In this document: positions 47,021 through 58,426 of the stretch, in pieces | Layout: the number at the start of each line of letters is the position of its first letter | How positions within the stretch are numbered: position 1 is the first letter of the stretch | Origin: Amoebophrya sp. A120 | Taxonomy: Eukaryota; Protista; Dinoflagellata | Assembly (NCBI GenBank): GCA_905178155.1 | Contig: CAJINV010000002.1 | Location: 10,458,146 to 10,522,145, forward strand | Length of the DNA stretch: 64,000 nt | Direction of reading: 5' to 3' | Program-made: the position numbers and the translations under genes | Notes under the pieces: generated by a model | What the model was told of the DNA's origin: nothing | The model's database searches: none | What the model saw: the letters and a program-made list of their open reading frames with translations, nothing else

Positions 47021-50000
47021 TCACCACTCCAGATTTAGTGACTTCAGCTGGCACTCCACCTTTTGAAGGTCGATTTTTGCCTTCGCCCGCTTGTAGAAGA
47101 TGGGGCAATCGGAGTTGGCGCAGATCACCTCTTGATGCAAACTGTCCTGACACCTTTGGCACTCCGTCCAGAGCCGCTGAAACTCAATCTGCTTCTCCCG
47201 GACTTCGGTCAGCTTCTCAAAGTAGATCTCCGGACCTTTGTCCTTCATGCAGTACTTGCAGAGCGCCAAGTCCTGCTGCTCCGACCCCTCTTTCTGTGTC
47301 ACCATGGCGACGGTACTTGGCTGTGGAATTTAGTTTAGTGAATGTCATGAGCTTTTTGGTTTGCAAGAGCAAGGTGAAAGAATGAGATTTGACCATAAAT
47401 CCTTTGTTCTTGGCGCACATGAACTGCTCACACCACAAGCATTCAGTAATCAGTTTTTGATATAATGGTATCAGGGACAGATCAATCGAAGGAGTATTGC
47501 AGTTTGTTCTAGCTCTACGTGGTCTCTACTGCCATGGAGTTCCACGAAGTCGGACTCGGAGGCCGCATAAAGATCTTCGTTCAGGACGATAAAGACCACG
47601 GATTTGGATCCCGGACCTTGACATTAACGAGCGCAAACGCTATAGTACCTTCAGGGTAGTCTTGCAACCGAGGCACTTTTTCGCAATGGTGACCTTCGCT
47701 CCGTCGCCAAATCCGAATTGGTTTGTGTTTTGGACCGCGGACTGAACGATTTTGCGGGTGTGATCGCCAGTGAACAGCTTCTGACTCGCGTTCGGCATGA
47801 TGGGGTCAAAAATGCGCAGCAACGGGTTGGCCAGCTGGTGGTCAATGTACCAGTGGGCGTCAATGGCCAATCCGTTTTCCAGCACATACATGGGATCTTC
47901 GCTCTTCTCGTAGTGGCATCACCAGAAAAAGTGTTCACGCTACCAGCTGCGTTGCGCTACTTGACGCGCTGCTTTCCTACATCAAGCCAAAAATGACAAA
48001 ACTCAGCCATCAGAAACTTTGCATGCTAAGCAAATATACCACCATAAACATAATATTTCGCATTATTTGAAACAGCATTTTCCAATCTTGTAGATATCGT
48101 GAACACTTCTTGCCGTGATAAATTGGCCGTCTTTTTCATGCTTTTCACTATTACGTAGGGGACCCGGTCACCGGCGCCGGGCGCTGTTGCTGGGTTGCGC
48201 TGCCGCATGCGTTCCGCGAGCTCCACGTGGGCCTGCTTCGCGGCGTACTCGTCTCGGCCCAGGGACTTGGAAATCACGAGCAGTGCGAGGTCCACCTTGT
48301 TCTGCAGCAGGTCGGACACAGATTGCTGCACGAAACCGATGGCCTGATTATAAAGTGAGTATCACCACTTTTTTTTTGGATCGGCGAGACGAGTATGGTG
48401 CATTCTATTTCTATGTACGAGTACTACATCAATAGAAAAATTCGGCCAGAAATACCATAGTACCTTCTCCTTACTGCGGTCAATGAGCAGGCACTTCAGT
48501 GCGGTGTCGACAACGCGCTGTACGAGCCCGCAGTTGTCGCGGCGGACCGTCTCAATGCCCTTTGTGTCCATTTTGTCGTACTTATCCGGATTGGTCCAGT
48601 ACAGGCCTGCGTACCGCTTTTTTGCGAGCAGCAAATACGGAAAGTAGACTTTCTCGAACTCCAGCTTAATCGGCTTGAGAAACGTGGCGGAAATTTTGTC
48701 CGCGGCCTTCAGGCCGAGGTCCATGGACTCCTTTACGGTGTCCGGGCCAAACTTCACCATCACAGAATCCGTGTCGCCATAGATTACCTCGGCATCGTGC
48801 TTGTATCCGTTCGCAATCGTGAACTCCCTGTTTTTTTCGTTTATTCTCACTTTATCCATATCTTCGTCGATCTCGGTAATCCATTATCATGACATCAAAC
48901 TGCATTTTTGCAATCGGTGATTCAAACGCTTTCTTCATCAACTCCTTGATTTTTGCCATGATTTGATTTCGAAAATCCAAGTGTTGTATCATTCTAGAAG
49001 AAAAACGGCAGCTGTACTGTTGCACAAGGTCGCGGGTTTGTTCGATCATGGTCCTGCCGAAAGCGGTGACAGAGGAGGAGATTTCCAGGCAGGGCATCAT
49101 GCCCACCTGCGCACCGGTGAAGCCGTACACACTGTTCGCGCTGATTTTCAGTGCCAGCTGCCGCCCGTTCAGGACCGCCTTCTTGAATGGATCCTGCTCC
49201 GCGTTCATCTCTTTTTTTGCGCGTTTCCTCGCCCCCAGAAGGTCCTCCAGGATCAGCGGCAACAGCCCCTTTCGCTTCGTAGGCTTCACGAAGTAGTTAC
49301 CGCAGGGTGTCACGGTGTAGTCGTCCTCGCTCATGTTCTCCACCTTCCCCGTGCTGGGTTTTATCAGACTGTTGGGGATCAGGGTGCAGTAACACAAATT
49401 GTGCGCCATCATGATCGAGGGGTACAGCGAGGCGAAATCCAGCGTGGCGATCGGTTTGTCGTAGAAATCCGTTTTCGGGTCCAGCACCGTGGCCCCCTCG
49501 AACTGGTCCCCGGTCTGTTCAACCTTGCGCGCCGGGGCGATGTAGCCGGACTCGCGCGCGCGCCGCAGGATTTGCCCGAACACCTTGATCGCCTGCCCCC
49601 GGAACTATCCAATGTGAAAACCCAAGCAAAAACTTAACATATCTTTATCTTCTGCCGTGCAAAATTACAAATTACTTGCGGCCATGATTGCGCAAAACCG
49701 AACAAGGAGAAACTTCTAGATCTATTACGTAATGCGGCCGCACTGCGGCAGCACGTCGACGCTGGCCCCTGTGGGGCGCCACATGCATGCGTGACTTGGA
49801 AAAGTTATCGGTTGCTGCACTAATAATAACGAGTATTTTTGCGTTTTCCCACTGGATAGAAAAAGCAGGAAATTCAACGGCGTGCCGGTGACGCGGGCCA
49901 TCTCAACGTAGTTGTAGAGGCAACAGAGCTTCTCGAGCAGTCGCAGGGGCAGCTTCGCGTCCTTCAGACAGTAGACCCCGAGCCGGCGGCGCGTCTCCGC

Positions 50001-52735
50001 CGTCCCTGTGTGCAGTGTGCCGATCATGCTGTAGTGCACGTCCTCCTTCTGGTCGCCCAGAAAGTGGGAAGACACGAAGTTCAGCGTGTAGGACCGCAGG
50101 TTGTGCTCCTTGGTGATTACGGTGTACATGTCGAAGATGATCCGCCCGTCGCACTTCACCTCCTTCTGCGGCCGCCCGTTCGGCGTGGTCCACTCGCGGA
50201 TGCGGGATATTACAATGAAAAATGCCCCCTCCCCATATCAAAACGGAAATCTGTGATGCAGATTTGTGGTCACAAATTTGTGATGCTAGAAGGCAAAAGA
50301 TGCGGACTGTAGTGCTGTCTAGCGTGGGAAAGCCTTGCAGCTCCAGGATGACAGGAGACAACTGGAAGTGGGAAACAGCATGACAGATTACCTGCAATTT
50401 AGGCCGCAGCTTCGTCTCTTGGCCTTCTAGCAATACAAGTTGATTTGTGTACTCAAATACAGCATCACAAATTCGCGCATCTTCCGTTTCCGATATGGGG
50501 TGGGGGCTTTTTTCACTTTGATACGGGACTGCACCTTCGCGAGGCGGCCCAGCTCGGCGAACTCCGGGATGTCGAGGGCGGCGGCCCGCTTGAGCAAGTA
50601 GGTATGGCGTTCTCAACTGTTACATTCTCAACTGTTACATGAATTTGTCATGCATACCCGACTGCACCACATCAAAAACCTTTGCACCGTCGCCGCAAGC
50701 AGCTTCGGACGCAGGAGATCTAGGGTCAGAAATACGGAAATACGGAATTTGTCATGCAAAAACAGAAATACGGAAAGGGACAAGCTTGCAAGTCTTGCAT
50801 CACAAATTGGGTACAGATTTAGATGCTGTTTAGCCCTTCGATAATTTGTCATGCGAAGCAGCTTGATCTTCTTGCAGCTCATGGTCATTTTGCATGACAA
50901 ATCATGTAACAGTTGAGAATGTAACATTTGAGAACGCCATAGTAGGGCAGATCGAAGTTGAGAATGTTGTACCCGGTGAGGAAATCGGCGTCGATGGCGA
51001 CCACGAATTTGGAAAAGGACACGAGCAGGTCCCGCTCGTCCGTGAACGAAAGGACAATCGTGTCCGCGATGTCTCTATCCACAGAAAAAAACCCATCCAC
51101 ATCCATTTTTTGCATGACAAACACATGATTTGATACGTGTTTTGCATCACAAATTGGATGTGGATGGGTTTTTTTCTGTGAATAGTCTCCGCAGCTGTCC
51201 AGCGTCCAGATCACCTGCGCGAACGCGGGCCCGTCGGCCCCCACGCACTTCACTTCCGCGGCGATCTGGATCACCGGGTTGCGCTCGGCTTCGGGAAACC
51301 CTTTGCCGAACTGGTTCCAACACTCGATATCGAAACTCAAAATCCGCAGCGGGGCGAAGGCATTCTGGTCGGAGGCAGGCTCCACGGACTTGTAGAAAAC
51401 ATCCAGCTCGATCTGGCACGTACCTGAGCGGAAAGGATTCGAAAAACTAAAACCTCCAAGCAACACTCTTTCGTACCAGCACACAGGTATAGTTGTATAC
51501 CTTCTATTTTTCTTGATCTAACTATCTATCTACTTTTGAAGGAAAAAGGCGAAGATTTATCTACTTTTCTTGCAGATCTATCGAAATCGATGCCTGAACT
51601 CTAGTAAAATAGAATCAAAAGAACGGCGCCTTTCTCGCGTACCGACGCGCTCGTCCGGGTTGGTCCGCAGTTTGTACATGCAGGGGGCGAGCGACACCCA
51701 GGACCCGCCGCCAAGCCCCTGGTCTACCAGAAACCGCAGGACGAAGGGCACGTTGGTTTCAAAGGTACCGAAGCCGGTGTACATCCCACCCCCCACGAGT
51801 TGAAAGCCCGTCTCGATGGCGGTGCGTGCGGCTTGGACCAGGCGCTGCACGCCCACGTGCACCTTGTAGTAGGACCGCAGTCCGTTCTCCGACCACTCCA
51901 TGACGTTGGTCTTCTGCACGATCTCCACGGACAGGACGTTTTTGTTCAGGCCGATGGCTACCCGGGACTGCCGCAACTGCGCCTCCAGGGACTCCTGGAA
52001 CACCTTCGCGTCCGGGATCGTGCCCCCACTCACTTGCTGCACGGGGCAGTAGAAGTAGGGGCAGAACCCGTGGATGTGAGCCAGCACGGAGTGGCCCTCG
52101 GGCGTCACGCCGTACATGCGCAGGATGGGTACCTCGGGGTTGGGACTGTCCTTCAGAAACACCGGGTGGGGCCGGCCCTGGTAGTCGTCCAGGTCCACCT
52201 GCATGAAGGTCAAGGGCTTGGTCGCAAAGTACGCGTCTACCGCCGCGGGGGGAGGGGGCGGCGGTGCGGAGGACGAGGACGATGCGGAGGCGCCCGTGAT
52301 TGGCAGGAGCGGTCGCGCGCTGCTGGCCGCGGCTGCCGCTCCATTTGATGAAGTAGAAGACGGTCCTGCGGGTGCACCAGCTGCGGCGTTGGAGCTGGAG
52401 GAACTTGCTGCGTTACTGCTACTGCTGGTCGTAGTTCCACCACCACTAGCTGCAGTCACCATGCTGGACCCGACAAGCGGTCGCTTCCATTGCTCGTAGT
52501 CAATTTTCTTGGGCTCTTTCACGATGTTCGTGCTGTCCTTCAGTTCCACATGGACCAGGCTGCTGGACGACGATGCCGCCGCGGCGCCGCCCAAACCTTC
52601 AGACGTGCCCTCCAGCAGCTGCTCGTCATCGGTTCGAAGCCGTTTCGCTGGCGGGCCGTGGCGACTCTGCTGATCCCGGATGTCCTGCTCAATCAGAGCG
52701 TCGATGTCATCGTCAAAATCAATGTTATCCTCCAT
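47021..52735 (-). CDS. POLD1: DNA polymerase delta catalytic subunit, 10 exons
   Basis: ExoI SFDIEC, Exo[14 protein letters not shown], Exo[49 protein letters not shown], CysA CLGC...CKYC, CysB CQRC...CANSDC. GT-AG introns: 51424-51642, 48828-49017, 48344-48463, about 47294-47648. The five other introns are introners E5-E9. Confidence 0.98.
47917..48120. mobile_element. Aged introner E5 in POLD1
   Basis: Arms catcaccagaaaaagtgttcacg versus reverse-complement tatcacggcaagaagtgttcacg; flanks agtgg/aattg (3/5). Removal of the element plus 5 nt gives KTANYEKSEDP or [11 protein letters not shown]. Confidence 0.78.
49606..49858. mobile_element. Introner E6 in POLD1
   Basis: Arms tatccaatgtgaaaac versus reverse-complement tatccagtgggaaaac; flanks ggaac/gaaaa. 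Removal of the element plus 5 nt gives the conserved [11 protein letters not shown]. Confidence 0.85.
50208..50523. mobile_element. Introner E7 in POLD1
   Basis: About 41-bp imperfect TIR (tattacaatgaaaaatgccccctccccatatc... versus tatcaaagtgaaaaaagcccccaccccatatc...), perfect TSD cggga (50203-50207, 50524-50528), four internal motif copies. Removal gives VQSRIREW. Confidence 0.92.
50603..50941. mobile_element. Introner E8 in POLD1
   Basis: 40-bp TIR tatggcgttctcaa(c/a)tgttacattctcaactgttacatga (39/40), perfect TSD gtagg (50598-50602, 50942-50946), five motif copies. Removal restores ExoII NFDLPYLLKRA. Confidence 0.95.
51076..51184. mobile_element. Introner E9 in POLD1 (near-palindromic, in-frame)
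   Basis: 30-bp TIR tat(c/t)cacagaaaaaaacccatccacatcca (29/30), perfect TSD gtctc (51071-51075, 51185-51189), two motif copies. Removal gives [16 protein letters not shown]. Confidence 0.95.
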
Positions 52736-53691
52736 TTTTCTTTGTAATCTTAAATGAGTAAATGCAACAATACCCTTACCTGCTACAGAACTTTTACGCG
52801 CGTGATTACACGGAGCGAGAAGTGGGTGAATCGGTATCGGTCAGATTTACTACACGTCACAAAACATTACATCATATTCAATCTCCAACGAACTATGGCG
52901 TTCCCCTTTTTGAAGGGGGTATAGTATCTATCAGTAGGGTGGCGAGAACGTGAATTCAAACAGAAAAACGTCGCGTGTCGCTGATACAACAAGGTTCCGC
53001 AAGATTATTTCATGCGAACGACAGATACTTTGGTCCAGGAAGGGCGGAAAAGTAAAACCACACTTGTTTGGGGAGCAGTAGCACTGCGAACAATGAGTAA
53101 ACAGATTTTTATTTCCATCCAGCACAATCGAAAGAATCATTCATCTGATTCTGCACTTTCGCTACCACGGCACCTTGTGTGCCACGAGGAACTGGCGCTG
53201 GTCCGCGTCTTTTTTGCGAAAAGAATGACGACGCGAGCGGGCTTCTTGGGATTTTTGTTTTTCCCCTAAGCCATGAACAACAATAAACCTCCAGCAGTGC
53301 GCCCTACTGTGGCGCTCTTGTTTGAATTGAATTGAATGGTGGCAGCGTGACTATCTTTTATTTGCGTCTTCCCACTCCATGTCGATTGTGCTGCACAACA
53401 TGTTTTTTTCATGTGGAAATTTGGAATAGTTGGACTGACACGGAAGCAGAACGGCGTAGCTTTGTAAGCGCCTTTATTTCGACGAGTCATTAGGAATAAA
53501 AACAATCTACTAGGAAACTAGGGGCTACGGGGATGTAAAACTTGAGCCTCCGCAACAATGTGGAGATGTTTGTTCTGCAAGCACTCTATGTGTATGACTT
53601 TCTTAGATACAAGATGCGTTCTTTGGATCTGCAGTACGCCATTCTTGACTGACTCAAGGTAAGTGAGATCTATCGCGCGTCGCCGTGATCT

Positions 53692-54616
53692 TTACCAGTA
53701 TCCTCCCTTCCCCTTCCCCTTTCCTTTTCCCTTGTACGCGTATCCACTCTCGTAGTAGCTTTGGTGGACCATCACCGGTGAATGCAGGACTATGGGCTTT
53801 GGTCCGCGCTGAGAACCCCAGCCCTCGTCGCCATAGGTACGCGCATCCCACAAACAGAGGTGGTAACAGTTAAGGACTTCCCAGAGGATGTGAAGAAATA
53901 TCATGATTAACCAGCCTGTGGCAAGCACAGCAACGTTGGGGTAGGAGATACAGCAGCACCAATAGAGCCAGGTCCAGTTGTGCAGGAGGTGCAAACAGAA
54001 CTCGGTTTTGCACGCTGGGGAATCCATCCCATCGAAGTTCGCCCTTATCACACTGAAAACTTCCCCTACAACCCTAAGGTGTGCTGGAAGTGCTTGGCCT
54101 GCAAAGTTTCCCTAGGCAACATTTTTGTCTACTTGATGTACAAATCTAAATTTTGATTTACGAGGACACTGAAATACAGGGCGCACAGATGATGTGTCAT
54201 AACATGTTGGAGCTGCGCGAAACATACCAGCCTAGATTTAAAACAAACGCGGCTCATCCTGTTTATGCAAGATGTTTTTTTTTATGCAAGACAAAGAAAC
54301 AGCATGTGAAAACGTTTTACGGATGAAAAACATCACCAACTTTCACTTTCTTGGGGCTGCGGGGAACTTTTCAGTTATGATAACTGTCAGACACACGCCC
54401 GTGCAACAAGCGCCGTTGCAATAACACGCAAGACAACGGACGATTGCATTCGGTTGCCAATACCGGTGACCACCCAAACATCCGAACTCGCCCAAATCCC
54501 GTCCGCGTCTGGGATCCGACCAGCACCGGTCGATAGCTAAAACAGCCGGCATAGTTTCTGGAATGCGAAAATGTCTTTGTCATCGATAAACTATACGAGC
54601 ACCATGGAAAATGCAC
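53692..54616 (-). CDS. Possible Cys-rich membrane protein with a KGKGKGKG tail
   Basis: ORF 53692-54051 has hydrophobic segments and ends ...YAYKGKGKGKGKGGYW*. An upstream Cys-rich block lies at 54343-54552. The exon structure is not resolved. Confidence 0.4.
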
Positions 54617-56052
54617 TTCGTTTGTATGTCACACTACTGAGGGGAACAATTACTGAGGATAACTACATGACCTAAGGCGTTTTTGTACTAGTGTGCGAAG
54701 TTGCCTATGAATGAGCATGGTGGGCAACAAATTTGGAAAGACTTTTATGAGGTTACGGCTCTCATACGTACTATGGGGTGTGTGCCAGTTGTGAATTCTA
54801 GTATTGCGCGTGCATTGGGGTCACAAAGAAGCCTGGTGACGTCGTGCATAAAATCCATCATCGAACTTCCTTTCGCTGCAGCGTTTCTCCTCGTTTCTGC
54901 GTTCCTCTATATCATTCTGTAATATGGTCTCGTTTGGACTGCTACTTTAATAAAGGACGAATGGTGCACGATAAATCCGAAGTATTTCTTTGCACGAATA
55001 CCGATGTTGCGCATCATTCAAACAGAAATCAGATGAACGTCAGTATCGATCACATAGGCATAGCGTTGTTCGACTTCACACACATGAGAATGTTGTAAGA
55101 AAGGGAAGGGGCTCTGGTGTAGAAGTTCACTTCGATTTATGAGGAAGAAAGATGAAGATCGCACTCGCATAGTAGGGAAAGATATCGTTGACAACCATTA
55201 CAGAACCGAACCGGAGCTGAAGAGTGCTATATTAAAGCAGTACCGACGTCTCGCGTTTTTAATCCTTTTTACTAGCTGCGGATGGGAAGTGCTCGTCTTC
55301 ACCTACATCTTAAAACCCAGCGACTCACAATGGAATCGTTGGGGAAGGGCTCTTCATATCCCAACACGAAAACCGATGGCCTTACGGGAAATATAGCATA
55401 ATGTTTACACAGCGCACTATACGCAATTATCGTTTGGAAGGCACGAGTCACAGAAGGAACGCCAGGGCATGCCACCGATCATCAGCAACAATGACATTGC
55501 TCTGGATGAAAAAGTTCCTTTTCGTTCGGATGCGTTCTTGTTGTAGAACGATGTTTATTACTTGGGGCAATTCTGAAAACGACAGAGGATGATCATTCTG
55601 TCAAGAAACCAAGGCAAAGATCATACAGATCGCAAGGCTAATAGCAGCGCAGAAGTCACGACTTCACTACAAACGCCATACAGAGGAATGTGCTCGTGAG
55701 ATTCGTTGCTTGAGATGGGACTCCATCTTCGAAAATCCGGTGAGGATCCCCATTTGAACCAGCACCGAGTTTTGATTTTTCGTGTCTCCGGCTTCTCCCG
55801 CGACCTCCAAAGCGCGCTGGTAGTAGGTTATGCCTGAGAGATAAGTGAATTTTTTTCAATTTCAAAATGAAAATAGTTGCGATTGATGTAGTTTTTGAGT
55901 AGCAGCTGCGATAAAGATACTTGATTTGACAGCAACCAAGCGCAAAAACAACCAACTTAAAAAAAATCGAAAAAAGATCGACTTCGAAGTACTTACATAT
56001 TCCGCATGCGATTGCGGTTGCGATCGCATCAACAAAGCAGAAACCAATCGTA

Positions 56053-57702
56053 TCAAAAAAAAAGGAAACCTTTTTCATAGTCTTTTTCCGCGGAGACGCA
56101 CAGAGTTCCGAGCTTCTTCAACGCGTTCGAATTGTCGTGGTGCAGCGTGTCGCAAAGCTGCACGTAGCGCTCGATCAGCGCCCTCATTTTTGTGGGATCC
56201 TGTTCATAGGAGCTGTCACTGGAACCTATCGCCAGGTTGCCAATAGCGAGGGACTGCCCCTCTACGCTGTGCAACTGCAAAGCAAATTGAAGGGCATACC
56301 TGTAAGTATTTTTGTATGTAAGTAATATGTTGAGTTTTGTATATTCTGGCATGTGCGTCGGCTTTGTGTGCTTGTTGTGCTGGCAAGGTCGCGAAAGCGA
56401 ATCCCATCTCGACGAACAACCCGCAGGCACAGTAGCTCTTAATAAGGTATCGTCTTTCTATTTTTTCTAAACGAATGTGTCAAACTTTACTGATGATTCA
56501 GCGTGGCCGCTTCCTTCTCCCCGAGCAGGTCGTAGCAGAGCCCCAAGTTCGCGTGTGCGATGAATTTTCCCACTGAGTCTGCGATTTTTCGGTGCTTGTT
56601 GTGGAAGTACAGCGCGGTCTTCAGCTGGTTCGTCTTGCTCGCGCCCGCATCCGCTGGCTGCGGGTGGTCTCCGACTCCTGAGGACGATGAAGATTTCGTT
56701 CCCAGAATCTGGTGCGTCGCGGCCAGGGAGTGGTACGCGAGCGCTTGGCCTTGCTTGTCCTCGCAGTCGCGGCAAATCTTCAGGAAGTCGTTATAGTACC
56801 GCAGCCCCTTCGTGTACTCCTTCAGATTGTCATGCAGCACGGCAAGACTGAAGCAACACCGACCCTCTTCCCGCAATTTTCCGCTACGGCGGCACGCCGA
56901 AAGAAGGAGCTCCAAGTCGCTTATTTTCTTCAGAGTGAAGTATCGTTCCTCCGCTGTGGGGTCGGCCTGTTGCAGTCATAATTGCATGAGTTACGATTTC
57001 TCTAATACATTCAGCAACAGATCCACAGTTGTAGATGTAGGCTAACAAACTCAATACATACGAACATGGAGCCTTGGCTCACTACTTCTACTGTAATTTT
57101 CTTTTAGTACATCTTAGAATCTTATCTTGTCCCATCTGAAGGTCAAGCTCAAGGTTACAGCTATTAAGCATAAAGACACTTCTGGAACACTGAATAAGTA
57201 CCCCGTCATCCTTTCGGTCGGGGGTGTTCAGGTACGCCGGTAGTTTCACCCGCAACACCGTCCAGTTCGTTTGCATTCTGGTTGGCGGGTCCCGATCGCG
57301 ATCGAGGGACCCCAACAGCGAACCGCTGTTGTTACCGCCGCGGCTTTGCAGGCCGCCCCGAGATTTCGGCAAACTGTAGTGGTTCGGCTTCTGCTTGTCC
57401 GAGGAAAAAAGCAGGCTCCCGCCGGGAGTCGTGCCCGGGCGTAGCTGGAGCGAACTGCTGCTACTACTCGAGCGGCCCTGGCCGTGCTGCGATTCGAAGC
57501 TTCGCTCCAACGAATCCTGTTGCGACAGGTTATGCCTTGGAAAAATCGCGTTGGACTGGTTCATGTGGAAGGGGGACCGCATGCGCCCGTCGAACAGTTT
57601 CTGGTTTAGACTCAAACGGGCCGCCCGACTTCCGCCGGGCGTCGTCTGCGCCCGGGAAGCCGGGCGCTCTGCAGTACCGAGCAACGCTCTCGGAGGTGCC
57701 AT
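56053..57702 (-). CDS. Tetratricopeptide-repeat protein (TTC29/TTC28-like repeats); 3' end uncertain
   Basis: Three exons joined by GT-AG introns. TPR-like EGRCCFSLAVLHDNLKEYTKGLRYY, QALAYHSLAATHQ, FIAHANLGLCYDLLGE, QSLAIGNL, ALKKLGTLC. Confidence 0.75.
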
Positions 57703-58426
57703 TTTTCTTTTCTAGAGAAATTTTCGATGCTTTCAGGTGCTTGAATTCTTTCTACTTCACATCGATTTTTGTGCCCTTGACTTCTCCTCTCTTTATTTTC
57801 GTGCTATGCATAGGCGTGCAGCAAAGTGGTTGCACGACGAAAATTGATTGCCTACAGCTAATAGATCGTTCACTGTATGTGTATTGTCAAAAATTTGAAA
57901 CGCGATCGCCCCCTGGCTCGACCCAATAGATGAAACAACAAACCGAGCTGAGCAAAACGAAGTAGACAAATGACTTCCACTGCTCATCCTTGAGACGATT
58001 GCGAAAATACGCTCGACGAGCTTCGTGCCACCGCTCGCGTTCTTCTCAACGACTATATTTTTCGTTTCGATGAGTGATGAAACAACGACCCACGAGATGT
58101 GACAGAAGGACAAGGATCGACCATTACTACGCTAGCCTAAAAAGAATTGGGATTGTATCCGGACGCGGACCAACGATTGAGAGCGCGCAGGCGTTCGAGA
58201 ACACAGAAACAGAAGCACGGATCTGCCTCCATATTAGAAGCAGAACGACACCAGCTGCGGCCTCATTTTGTGACGTGGGTGTTGATGACACCAGAGAGAG
58301 GTGGTATGTTCGCGTTTGGTCTGCTGGTCAACGAACGCGTGCGCTGGCATGCGCGGTCGGGAGGATATCGGAAATCGCGACAAGCTACTAATACATGATT
58401 TAGTTCTTCCTGTCCGACACTAGAGC

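Noticed and set aside
50603-51184. Repeated short motifs suggesting a CRISPR array
   Set aside because: The repeats are inverted and irregularly spaced, lie inside introns of a eukaryotic gene, and there are no cas genes.
51076-51184. TIR mismatch is a U:G wobble in the pre-mRNA, hinting at RNA-level selection
   Set aside because: It does not generalise. The single mismatches in E1 (C:A) and E8 (A:G) are not wobble pairs in transcript sense.
53521-53550. Fragments resembling the dinoflagellate spliced leader (ggctacgg, cttgagcc; also ccaaaaatggct near 39778)
   Set aside because: The pieces are short, in the wrong order or not at a gene 5' end, which is consistent with chance.
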